A stretch of 64,000 nucleotides of DNA. Source: Acidimicrobiia bacterium. Its GTDB lineage: Bacteria; Actinomycetota; Acidimicrobiia; Spongiisociales; ZC4RG35. Both the position numbers and the translations under genes were made by a program. Numbering within the stretch: the first letter of the stretch is position 1; each line of letters starts with the position of its first letter. The notes beneath the pieces were generated by a model. It did not search any database. It was not told the DNA's origin and worked only from the letters and a program-made list of their open reading frames with translations. Below are positions 49,027 through 58,181 of the stretch, piece by piece. Location of the stretch: NCBI GenBank assembly GCA_965203555.1, contig CBDBCY010000004.1:1760001-1824000 (forward strand), read 5' to 3'.

Positions 49027-50357
49027 CCTGGACGGTCCCTGAGCCGAGCGCCAAGATCGTCGGGAGAGATGAATACTCGTCGCCGACCCTCTATGCTGGC
49101 ATCAAGCAGCCCATGGAACGTTAGGTCAAGCAGGTCGGCGCGAGCCGTCTGCAGGACCACATCATGGCTGGTGGCGTGGCTCCGATAGGTATAGCGGTAC
49201 CTGGGATGGCGCAGGGCATGCCCGAGGAGCGCCCTTTGTCTGTGGTTGAGCCCAGGGAGATCTCCGGCAATGCGTTCCGCGGCTTGCATGCGCTCGAGGG
49301 TTTGGTCGACGTAGATCGCCAATTCCTCGAAAGCCCTTCTCAGGACGGTGAGTTGGTGGATCAGGAAGTATGTCAGGTCGTTGCTGTCCGTTTCCGTGTG
49401 GAGAAAAGCGTTGGCGTACTTTACCGGTGCCTTCAGGACGATTTCGGAGATCGAGACATACTCGGTAAGCCAGTATCCAGAGCGAAGGGCGGACCAGTAG
49501 AATAATGTACGGGCCGCTCGACCATTCCCGTCGACGAATGGATGAATGTAGGCCAACCAAAAATGAAGCAGGATGGCTTTGACCAGCGGATGCGTAAAAG
49601 ACTCCTCCCCGTCATTGGCGAAGTCGCACATTCGGTCGATACGCTCTAGGATCTGTTCGGCGGGTGGCGGAGCGAATACAACCTCATCACTTTGCCAGGT
49701 AACAACAGACACCCTCGTCTCACCCGGCTGCTGGAAACGGCCGCAGTCCCTCGGGTTTTCCATGGTGCCTTCGGCGAGTCGGGCGTGCATTTCCAGCAGT
49801 AGTTCCGGTGTAAGGTCCTCTGAGACCGCTTCCTTGATGTAGTTGATTGCTCGGTAATTGTTGAAAACCATGCGTTCAGACTTGTCCCGAGGACTCCGAC
49901 CTGACCTGAGCATCTGCTTGGCCACCATACGGGTCGTGGAAGCGCCTTCGAGTTGTGAGGATGAGAGGGCTTCTTCAATGAGTCCACGCACTTTGTAGCG
50001 GTCTCGTGTGGTTCGATCCAAGACAGCCGGGGGCGCGGCAGACCTGCCAGTGGCCCGAAGGTCCAGGTTGTGGAGGCTCTTGAGGATCGGGTCGACAAGG
50101 CTGTAAGCAAACGGCCTACCTTGTTTGTCAACCAAATCGGTTGTTCGAGATAGTTGATTCCGGGCAAGGCGCATACCGATCCACCACTGTTCCACCGTGA
50201 GACCCTCAGGGGGCTGTCGTCGGCGGAGGTCATCCCAGTGGAGGTACCTACCGTCCTGCAAGGTCGCCCCCACGTTCACCAACCGAACAAGCGTCTCAGG
50301 AGCAAGGCCTTCCAGCCGAGCGTACATATCCGGAGGTTTGGCGATTCTCATAGCCAT
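48924..50357 (-). CDS. Fic family protein (inhibitory motif, C-terminal wHTH)
   Basis: YLHWDDLR, SSQLEGA, HPFVDGNGRAAR, QTARADL. Confidence 0.92.
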   Translation of the reverse strand: MAMRIAKPPDMYARLEGLAPETLVRLVNVGATLQDGRYLHWDDLRRRQPPEGLTVEQWWIGMRLARNQLSRTTDLVDKQGRPFAYSLVDPILKSLHNLDLRATGRSAAPPAVLDRTTRDRYKVRGLIEEALSSSQLEGASTTRMVAKQMLRSGRSPRDKSERMVFNNYRAINYIKEAVSEDLTPELLLEMHARLAEGTMENPRDCGRFQQPGETRVSVVTWQSDEVVFAPPPAEQILERIDRMCDFANDGEESFTHPLVKAILLHFWLAYIHPFVDGNGRAARTLFYWSALRSGYWLTEYVSISEIVLKAPVKYANAFLHTETDSNDLTYFLIHQLTVLRRAFEELAIYVDQTLERMQAAERIAGDLPGLNHRQRALLGHALRHPRYRYTYRSHATSHDVVLQTARADLLDLTFHGLLDASIEGRRRVFISPDDLGARLRDRPGTASSNLEGIGSYLHSCTTVSPNPSSRRHWKLFA

Positions 50358-50516
50358 GAATTCTCGCGCATCGTATCTGGTGACCAGAAGAGTAGTCAGA
50401 TCTCTCTTCTAATCAGCGCCAGATTAGCACATTGCATCTAAACTGTCCTCCCGCCTGCTATCTCCTGAGGGCGGGTCTATGAAGGGCACCGGGCTTGCAC
50501 GATTTTGCTTCCATGT

Positions 50517-51772
50517 TTATTCGTGCTCTGCCACTTCGAATGTGATGGGAAGCCTCTCCAGCAGCATGAACTGGAAGTGGGGACGGCGATGGAACTCGCT
50601 GGTCGCCAGGTGGATGGGATCGAAACGCCGGAGCAACTCGCCGATCGCCACCTGCGCCTCCAAACGCGCCAGGGGAGCACCCAGGCAGAGGTGACGTCCT
50701 CCTCCGAAGGAAAGGTGCCTGATGTCCGGGCGCCGGACATCGATCCGGTCGGGATTCCGGTAGAGATCGGGATCCCGATTGGCGGCGGCGATCAGCGCCA
50801 GTACCCGTTCGCCGGGCGCCATCCGCTCTCCGTTCACTTCCCATTCGGTGGTGAGATACCGGTAGTGGGCATGAACCGGCGACTCCCAGCGCAGAAACTC
50901 TTCCACTGCGTTGGGCACCAGCTCGGGAGAGGATCGCAACAGGGTCATCTGGTCGGGATTCTGCAACAGACCCAGCACCATGGAGCCGATCAGCCCCATG
51001 GTGGTCTCGAACCCGGCGGTGATCAGTCCCCGCAGGGTAGAGATCAACTCGTCCCGCGACAGTCGGTCGCCCGCTTCCTCCAATGCCACCAGATGCGAGG
51101 TGAGATTGTCGGTGGGCGATTCCCGGTGACGATCCACCAGGGCGCCCAGATATTCGATGAAATTGGCGCAGGCGCGATGGCACAACTCTATGCCTTCTTC
51201 ATCATTGGCGTCGGGAACGAACATCCGCAGCAGATCGGGAGTCCACTCCATCAGCAAATCCCAATCGGTGTCAGGTATGCCCAAAGCCCACAGATCACCC
51301 GCATGGGGACCACCATGGCGAACTCCGACATCACCTCCATCTCGCCCCGGTGCTCCACCTGCGTCCAGGGCCTCGGTGACGATCTGTTCCACCACCGGTC
51401 GGTAACGCAGCCGTGGCGCGGGGAGTGAAGGCAGGGGAGAGAAGGCGACGCAGGCGGGTGTGGTCAGGAGCGGATCGGACATGGAGATGCTATGCGCCCA
51501 CATCCGGGCCGCCGGGCCGTCACGGATCGCCGCGGGGATCTCCCCCCCGGGAGGTCTCATCCGGGAGGTCGGACTTCCCAGAACCGCAGCGATGCATCGC
51601 GGAACCGGCTCACGACCCGGGCGCCACCGTCGCCCAGGGTGGCGTGGCCAACCGGGCACTGTTGTTGAAGGCGCCGATAAACCGGGTAGGGGTCGGCCAG
51701 AAAGCCCAAGTCGGTGGGATCGTAGATGATCGCCGGCTCCGTGTCCCCGTTACCGGCTGAGCCTTGGTGCAT
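50517..51772 (-). CDS. Cytochrome P450 with several frameshifts at ~51300-51590 (sequencing error or pseudogene)
   Basis: FLADPYPVYRRL, PDHTRLRRL in a shifted frame, AGFETT, EEFLR, FGGGRHLCLG. Confidence 0.85.
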
Positions 51773-51788
51773 TGTTCTCTCCCCGGAG

Positions 51789-53387
51789 CTATTCCCCGCT
51801 CATCGCCCGGAGTTCCCGTTTGAGAATCTTCCCCTGCGTATCGATGGGAAGGCTCTCCACCAGATGTACCGACTTGGGAACCTTGTAACCCGCCAGAGAT
51901 TGCTTGCAGTGGGCGATCACCGCCGCCGGGTCCACCTCGGCGTCCGGGGCCGTGACCGCGAAGGCCGTTACCGCCTCCGACCAGTAGTCGTCGGGAACGC
52001 CGACCACCGCCACCTGCATGATTCCCGGATATCCGTACAGCACCCGCTCCACCTCCTGGCTGGAGACGTTCATGCCGCCGCTTTTGATCATGTCCTTTTT
52101 GCGGTCGAAGAAGAACAGGTTCCCGTCACTGTCGATTCTCACCAGGTCGCCGGTCCGAAGCCACCCGTCGCGGAAGGTCTCGGCGGTCTTTTCGGGATCT
52201 CGATAGTAGCCGACCATGGCGGAAGGCGAACGGCAGGCCAACTCTCCTATCTCAGCCGGCTGATCGTCGTCGTCGAACACCGCTATCTCCAACTGCGGCA
52301 CGGCCTTGCCGATCCAGGTGGGGTCGCCGCCGGGGATCTCATCCAGGTTGCGGAACCATCCCACCGAGCCCAACTGGGTGAGTTCGGACTGGCCCCAGTA
52401 GGTGGCCCACAACACGTCGGGGTTGGCCCTGGCCCAACCGTCCAGCATCGCCTGGGGAACCGTGCCTCCGTAGGTGATGCAGCGGCGCAGGCTCGAGAAG
52501 TCGTAGTCCTCGAAGCCCTCCACCTGCGTCATCGCCAGGTAGAAAGTGGGAGTCTGCGCCATGATGGTGACCTTCTCATCCGCCATCATCTTGGCCGCCT
52601 TGGGCGGATCCACCGCGTGGACCAGCACCAACGTGGCGCCCAGCAGGGTGAGGGTGGTCATGCTGCCCAACCCGGCGATGGTGAAGAACGGCATCAGGAA
52701 CAACCAGATCTCGTCGGGGGCGATTCCCAGCGCCGACTGCCAGGCGGGGGTGGTGGAGATCAGGTAGTTGCGGTGGGGGATCATCACCCCCTTGGGGTAG
52801 GCCTCGGTGCCGCTGGTGTACTGGATGATCGCCAGGTCGTTCTCGCCCACCTCGGCTTGGGGCTCGGAGGCGTCGCGGTCCTCTCCCACCAGGGTGGATA
52901 TCCGGGTCCAGTGCCCGGGCCCCGCGTCGGAGACCACGTCGGAAACCATGAAGTGCTCCACGCCGGCCAGCTGCTCGGCGATCGGCGCGAAACGATCCAC
53001 GAACACCGATTCCGCCACTATCACCTTGGGGCTGCAGTGGTCGACCTGGTAGGTGATCTCCCGGGCCGTGAAGGTGAAATTGATGCCGGTCAGCGCCGCG
53101 CCCAGCTTGATGGTGGCGTAGTAGATCGCCACGTAGTCGGGGCTGTTGCGAGACATTATCGCCACCACGTCGCCCCGCCCCACTCCTCGCTCCGACAGGG
53201 CATGCGCCAAACGGTTGACCATGCGGTTCAACGACTCGTAGGTGTGAACCTCCCGCTCACCCTCGGTGGTGTAGAAGATCAGGGCGGGTTTGCGGGGCTG
53301 CAGTCGGGCGTTGCGCCGCAACTGGTCCCCGATCGTCGCCCGACCTATGACTGTGTCTCGCTGGTGCATTCCCGTGTCAACAATCAT
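51789..53387 (-). CDS. Acyl-CoA synthetase (AMP-binding)
   Basis: YTSGTEAYPKG, WGQSE, WLRTGD, DRKKDMIKSGG, QGKILK. Confidence 0.93.
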   Translation of the reverse strand: MIVDTGMHQRDTVIGRATIGDQLRRNARLQPRKPALIFYTTEGEREVHTYESLNRMVNRLAHALSERGVGRGDVVAIMSRNSPDYVAIYYATIKLGAALTGINFTFTAREITYQVDHCSPKVIVAESVFVDRFAPIAEQLAGVEHFMVSDVVSDAGPGHWTRISTLVGEDRDASEPQAEVGENDLAIIQYTSGTEAYPKGVMIPHRNYLISTTPAWQSALGIAPDEIWLFLMPFFTIAGLGSMTTLTLLGATLVLVHAVDPPKAAKMMADEKVTIMAQTPTFYLAMTQVEGFEDYDFSSLRRCITYGGTVPQAMLDGWARANPDVLWATYWGQSELTQLGSVGWFRNLDEIPGGDPTWIGKAVPQLEIAVFDDDDQPAEIGELACRSPSAMVGYYRDPEKTAETFRDGWLRTGDLVRIDSDGNLFFFDRKKDMIKSGGMNVSSQEVERVLYGYPGIMQVAVVGVPDDYWSEAVTAFAVTAPDAEVDPAAVIAHCKQSLAGYKVPKSVHLVESLPIDTQGKILKRELRAMSGE

Positions 53388-53412
53388 CTCGGCGTCCTCC
53401 TTGCGTCTTCTT

Positions 53413-53832
53413 TCATGCCGACGTCACATCTTCTCTGCTCCGGCGTCTGGTTTCGACCAGCCGAACGGCCTCTTCAACAATGTCCGAAAACGCCGAACCC
53501 GGGGGAAAGGTCGAGACTCCCCGGGCCGCCAGGGCGGACCGGTGCTGGGGCTGGATGGTGCCACCCAGCATCACCCCCACGTCGGGTGCGGAGTTCTCCA
53601 GTTCATCCAGGATCCGCATCACCACCGCCAGACTACCCCCCACATTCAGGCCCACCAGATCGGCGTCCTCCTGAACTGCGGCTGCCGCTATCTCGTCGGC
53701 GGTCGCCATCCCCAGATAGATCACCTCGAATCCGGCGTCCCGCAGGACATGGACCACCACCGCCGGGCCTCTCCAATGGCCGTCGAGGGCCGTCTTGGCA
53801 AACAACACCTTGCCGGGCTGATCAACGCTCAA
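53413..53832 (-). CDS. Cobalamin-binding small subunit of an acyl-CoA mutase
   Basis: AKTALDGHWRG (DxHxxG), LRDAGFEVIYLG, QEDADLVG, GG; TTGA overlap with the large subunit. Confidence 0.9.
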   Translation of the reverse strand: MSVDQPGKVLFAKTALDGHWRGPAVVVHVLRDAGFEVIYLGMATADEIAAAAVQEDADLVGLNVGGSLAVVMRILDELENSAPDVGVMLGGTIQPQHRSALAARGVSTFPPGSAFSDIVEEAVRLVETRRRSREDVTSA

Positions 53833-55463
53833 AATGAGATCGGAACCTCCCAGTCGCCGAACACGTCCCCGAACACGTCCCCGAATTCGCCCAGTGTGGC
53901 CTGGGCCGCCACCGCCTCCATCACCGCCGGCATGATGTTTTCCTCCCCGCGGCAGGCAGTCTCCAACTCGCGCAGCGCGGCCGCCGCCGCCCTCCCGTCC
54001 CGTTCCCGGCGCACCGAGCGCAATCTCTCCATCGACTTCTCCCAGACCCCCTCCACCGGCTCGAAGCCGCCCATCTCCCACGGCGCCACATCCTCGGTAA
54101 AGGCGTTGACCCCCACCACAGTTTTCGTCCCCCAGTTGACCGCCTCGGCGAGATCGACCTGATTGACGGCCGCCAGGGAGTGAAGCCACCCTTCGTCCAG
54201 CACCGCCGCGAAACCGCCCCGGCTCTCGATCTCCTCGAACATCTCCCAGGCCCGGGCCTCCAGTTCGGCGGTGAGGGCCTCCACGTAGTGGGACCCGCCC
54301 AGAGGGTCGGCCACTGCGGGGATGTTGGTCTCGTGGTGGAGTATCTGCTGGATCCGAAGCGACATCTGGTGGGCGTGCTCGGAAGGGATGGACATGGCTT
54401 CGTCATAGGTGGCCACCCCCAGCGACTGCGTGCCTCCCAGCACGGAGGCCATTGCCATGATGGTCCCTCGGGCGATGTTGTTGAGAGGCTGCTGGTAGGC
54501 CAGAGCCGAACCGGCCGTCACGATGTGAATCCGCAGCCGGGTGGCGCGCTCGTCGGTGATCCCGTACCTTCGTCCCAGCAGCTCGGCCCACATCTTGCGT
54601 GCGGCTCGCATCTTGCAGATGTCCTCGAAGAAGTCCATCGCCACTCTGAGATTGATACCCCCCACCATGTAGGCGAGCTTCGCCAGGTTCTCCGGCGCCC
54701 GGCGTTTGATCTCGTCCAGATACACCACTGCGTTGGCAAACAGGGCGGCCAGTTCCTGGTAGGCGTTCAAACCGGTGTCGGCTGCGTTGTAGGCGGCGAT
54801 CGAGACCGGAACCCAGCGGGGCAGGTGCTGCCCGCAGAACTCGATGATGTCGGTATTGAGCCGGATCCCCGCCTCGGTGGGAATCTGCCGTTTGGGAATA
54901 CAGCCCAGGTAGGTGAGGAAGAAATCGCTCTGCCCGGTCCCGGCCAGCCGGGTGAGATCCAAGCCGCGGCGCTGCGCCACCGTCCAGTAGCACCCCAGGG
55001 CGAAGGGCGCGTGCTGGACCACCGCTCCCCCGGGATGGGCGTAGTAGTGGCCCATGTCGATCCCGTCCAGGATCGTCTCGTAGTCCCGGACGCTCTGGAT
55101 CACCGCCCCGGTCTGTCCCACGTCTTCCCGCCGGGCCACCACCTCGGGATGATCCACGTTGTAGAGATGGTCGGCGGTGTTGCGGTCGTGCTCCATGATG
55201 AAGCCCGTCTCTCCCTGGTTCAGCAGGAACATGATTCGCTCCCGCTCGTCCTCTGGATTGCCATGCCCACTCAGTTGGAACACCCGCCAAGGCTTGGTCC
55301 GGTACATGCCCGGATACGCCCCACGCAGGTACGGCGGGACACCTGGTGGTCCCTTCCCCGCCTCTTGGGCCTGGGGAGCCACGTCGTCGGGACCGTACCA
55401 ACCTCGGAGCGGGATACCCGAGGCGGTGAAGTACCGATCGGAATTGCTCTGCTCAGATCTCAT
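53829..55463 (-). CDS. Acyl-CoA mutase large (substrate-binding) subunit, divergent
   Basis: TASGIP, PPYLRGAYPGMY, FFEDICKMRAARKMW, QQPLNNIAR, LGGTQSL, DEA, ADPLGGS, VVGVN. Confidence 0.92.
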   Translation of the reverse strand: MRSEQSNSDRYFTASGIPLRGWYGPDDVAPQAQEAGKGPPGVPPYLRGAYPGMYRTKPWRVFQLSGHGNPEDERERIMFLLNQGETGFIMEHDRNTADHLYNVDHPEVVARREDVGQTGAVIQSVRDYETILDGIDMGHYYAHPGGAVVQHAPFALGCYWTVAQRRGLDLTRLAGTGQSDFFLTYLGCIPKRQIPTEAGIRLNTDIIEFCGQHLPRWVPVSIAAYNAADTGLNAYQELAALFANAVVYLDEIKRRAPENLAKLAYMVGGINLRVAMDFFEDICKMRAARKMWAELLGRRYGITDERATRLRIHIVTAGSALAYQQPLNNIARGTIMAMASVLGGTQSLGVATYDEAMSIPSEHAHQMSLRIQQILHHETNIPAVADPLGGSHYVEALTAELEARAWEMFEEIESRGGFAAVLDEGWLHSLAAVNQVDLAEAVNWGTKTVVGVNAFTEDVAPWEMGGFEPVEGVWEKSMERLRSVRRERDGRAAAAALRELETACRGEENIMPAVMEAVAAQATLGEFGDVFGDVFGDWEVPISF

Positions 55464-55500
55464 GAAGGAAGGGGATTCGGCCCGTTGCCCATGGCCCTCA

Positions 55501-55728
55501 TCATATAGACCACTCGGTCGGTCTATTCCATGATCTTCTGGATTCGCGGGTCGAATTCGTCTTTGAGTCTGGGGAGGAGATCCAGCATCCACGCTCTGAT
55601 CTCGTCCTGCTTCTCCGGTGGGTCCGCGACAGAGCCCTCTCTGCGTATGTTGATCTCCGAGAAGTAATACCGGCTGTGTCTGCGCCAGTCCCATTCCGCG
55701 GCTGCCCCCACCGTTCGTTTGCGTTCAT
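55501..55728 (-). pseudogene. DUF4268-like C-terminal fragment
   Basis: WDW...GSVADPPEKQDEIRAWMLDLLPRLKDEFDPRI across frames; no N-terminus. Confidence 0.4.
55505..55526. promoter_or_regulatory. Candidate operator upstream of the mutase operon
   Basis: ATAGACC-actcggtc-GGTCTAT inverted repeat ~40 bp upstream of the mutase ATG; related to the 34995 site. Confidence 0.5.
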
Positions 55729-56138
55729 GTAGTTTCTTGTTCCTTCCTGATACCACTATCACCGCGCCTGATAGCGAAATCGCGACGATCCCGGTACAAG
55801 AGCGCCCGATTCAACACGTAGTCATCCGAATCCAAATCGATATGCGGACAATCCGTCATCGTCCAGTACTTGTGGTCCCCCAGGAACAGGTACTTTCGCT
55901 TCTGGTGGAAGAACCGGCATTCCACGCCCTCACCGGCAGCGATCCTCGCACAGAACGCAGCCAGGAGCTCTTGCTGGCCGTCCTTTTTGATCACCACGTA
56001 TTCGTGGGGCCAGGAGTCCCGGTAGGTCACCGCCTCCCGCCACGGAGCGCGGGAAATCAATCCCATAATGTCACCAATTTGATCTCTCAACACCAAACCT
56101 CCTTCATGCCAGTCCACGCTATCCGCCCCCTGCGACAA
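55725..56138 (-). CDS. Hypothetical protein
   Basis: Protein-like motifs APWREAVTY..PHEY, KYWTM, VLNRA. Confidence 0.65.
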   Translation of the reverse strand: MSQGADSVDWHEGGLVLRDQIGDIMGLISRAPWREAVTYRDSWPHEYVVIKKDGQQELLAAFCARIAAGEGVECRFFHQKRKYLFLGDHKYWTMTDCPHIDLDSDDYVLNRALLYRDRRDFAIRRGDSGIRKEQETT

Positions 56139-56322
56139 GTCTTGGAGGTCACCCCCACAAACCCCCCGGCCGCATCAAGGCCTACGAAGTGGGCATTCTC
56201 AATCCCGGGGGGACGACTGCGCGTGATATAAAATGGGTCTTGCCGATTGGAAGTGTTAGGAGGGGAACAAGACGGTAACCGTTGAAACGAGAAGGCGACA
56301 CTCTTCCTGAGGAGGTAGAGCC

Positions 56323-57012
56323 ATGGCAACGAAAACAATCAACAAGCTGGAAGCTCTGGCACTGATCGTGGGACCTGTGCTGGCGTTGCTGTTCTTCCTG
56401 CTGGAGCCGGGAGGGATACTCATCGATCCTGCAGAGATAGGCGACGCCGTGGGGGCTATCACCGCTCTTGCATCGAACCGCGAATTGGCTCACATCTCCG
56501 CGCTCCTGGTGCCGCCGGGCCTGGTGATGATGCTCTACGGGCTGGCAGGAATCAACCGGGTGATCCAGGGAGAGACGATGGCGGCCGCCCTGTCGCGCCT
56601 GAGCATTCTGTGCGTGGTGATGGGCGCCACCGGCTGGATCCTCACGGCCGGTCTGACTCACGTCCTCGCCCAGACTTCGATCGACATTGAACAGGGGATT
56701 CAGCAGGCCATACCGATCTACAGAGTGGATTACGCCATCGCACTCATCTCGGGCGTCCTGGTCTCAACCGGGGTCCTCGCCTTCAGCCTGGGGATGTCAG
56801 CCATACATCCTCCCGGTTTCAGCAGGACCGCAGCTTTGGCGATCGCCGCGGTCTCGCTCCTTGCCCTGGTCTCCTTCATCATCGGCCAGACCGGAGCGAG
56901 CCCTGCCATGATCAGTGTGGCCAGAGCATGCTACTTCCCCTGGGTAGCCTGGTTCGTCATGCTTGGCGTGAAGTTCCTAAAGGGGAGTGCTCTCCCGCAG
57001 GCCGGGGGTTGA
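56323..57012 (+). CDS. Integral membrane protein (~6 TM)
   Basis: GAGGAGG RBS; repeated hydrophobic segments. Confidence 0.85.
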   Translation: MATKTINKLEALALIVGPVLALLFFLLEPGGILIDPAEIGDAVGAITALASNRELAHISALLVPPGLVMMLYGLAGINRVIQGETMAAALSRLSILCVVMGATGWILTAGLTHVLAQTSIDIEQGIQQAIPIYRVDYAIALISGVLVSTGVLAFSLGMSAIHPPGFSRTAALAIAAVSLLALVSFIIGQTGASPAMISVARACYFPWVAWFVMLGVKFLKGSALPQAGG

Positions 57013-57143
57013 TGACCATCTGAATCAAAAGTAACGTTGGGCATCGCGAACAGGTCCCCACCACCCCCCTTTTCCGGGCCGGTCAACTAAACAACACCTG
57101 CTGTCCACCTATTGAATTATCGGCCACGCGCCCACTTTTTCGA

Positions 57144-58037
57144 TTAAAACCCGGGGGTCCTGCGGATGCTCCAATGCACCACGGCAATCCCCAGGGCGGT
57201 GAGAGTCACGCCGATCGTCTCCACCAGGGACAGGGATTGGCTCAATGCCACCCAGGCTGTCAACGTGCCCACTATTGGCTCGGAGGTGGCGGCCACTCCC
57301 GTCGGGCCGGGGCTGATGTGACGCAGAGCGCTCATCAGGAGCAGATACCCTATGCCCATTGCAATGATCGACACCCATACCACTCCCATCCAGCCGGCAA
57401 GGGAAAGTTGAGGGATGTTGACCGGAAGCACCGCCAACCAGATCACGGCGGCGATGGTCAGGCTGTATGAACTGTAGGTGAGAGGATGGAGAGTCTTGCC
57501 CAGTTTCTCCGCGGTGATGGTCAGGGCGGCGTAGAAGACCGCAGCTGACAAACCGGCCATTATGCCTATCGCATCCGCGTAGTCGGCGGTAAAGGCGCCG
57601 GTTATCAGCCCGATACCCACCACCGCCGCCACCGCGCCCATCCAGCCGGTTACGGGCACGACCATACGCTGCACCAGACGCCTCCACACCAACATCAGGA
57701 TCGGCCCCAGGTACTGGATGGTGATACCCGGGCCTACTCCCAAACGTTCGACCGCCACAAAGAACGCAAAAGTGATCGCCGCGGTGATCACACCCTGCAG
57801 CACCAGTAGCCCGAACCTTCCCCCATGGTGAATCAGGCCCTTTCGAGCCGCTATCAGGGAGATGAAAGCCGCGGCCAGCACCAAGCGATACTGATTGAGC
57901 TCAGCCGGACTGAACGAGGAAAAGAGACCGGCCGCCACCGTGCCTGAGATGCCAAACAGAATCCCGCCCGAAAGAGCCATGGCAAAGCCCACACCCGGTC
58001 GCCGAGACAGAGGGGCCGGGTCCGCAGATATCGTCAT
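57144..58037 (-). CDS. EamA/DMT family transporter
   Basis: Ten hydrophobic helices in two repeats; QYLGP, SEPIVG. Confidence 0.9.
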   Translation of the reverse strand: MTISADPAPLSRRPGVGFAMALSGGILFGISGTVAAGLFSSFSPAELNQYRLVLAAAFISLIAARKGLIHHGGRFGLLVLQGVITAAITFAFFVAVERLGVGPGITIQYLGPILMLVWRRLVQRMVVPVTGWMGAVAAVVGIGLITGAFTADYADAIGIMAGLSAAVFYAALTITAEKLGKTLHPLTYSSYSLTIAAVIWLAVLPVNIPQLSLAGWMGVVWVSIIAMGIGYLLLMSALRHISPGPTGVAATSEPIVGTLTAWVALSQSLSLVETIGVTLTALGIAVVHWSIRRTPGF

Positions 58038-58181
58038 TCCCACCCCAGACTATGCCGGGCAGTTACAGGCAGATCCGGATTCTGCCGACCGGCACGCCAA
58101 TACCCCGATCGCCGCCGGACGACCTGACGGTAATCTGAATTCCGTTCCGACAAACCGACTCCCCCTCCTTTGGTCCTTCCC

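Noticed and set aside
51726-53837. 703-aa plus-strand ORF (also 35657..37300, 39204..40493, 54180..55508, 44390..45382)
   Set aside because: Antisense shadows of well-supported GC-rich genes, with no motifs
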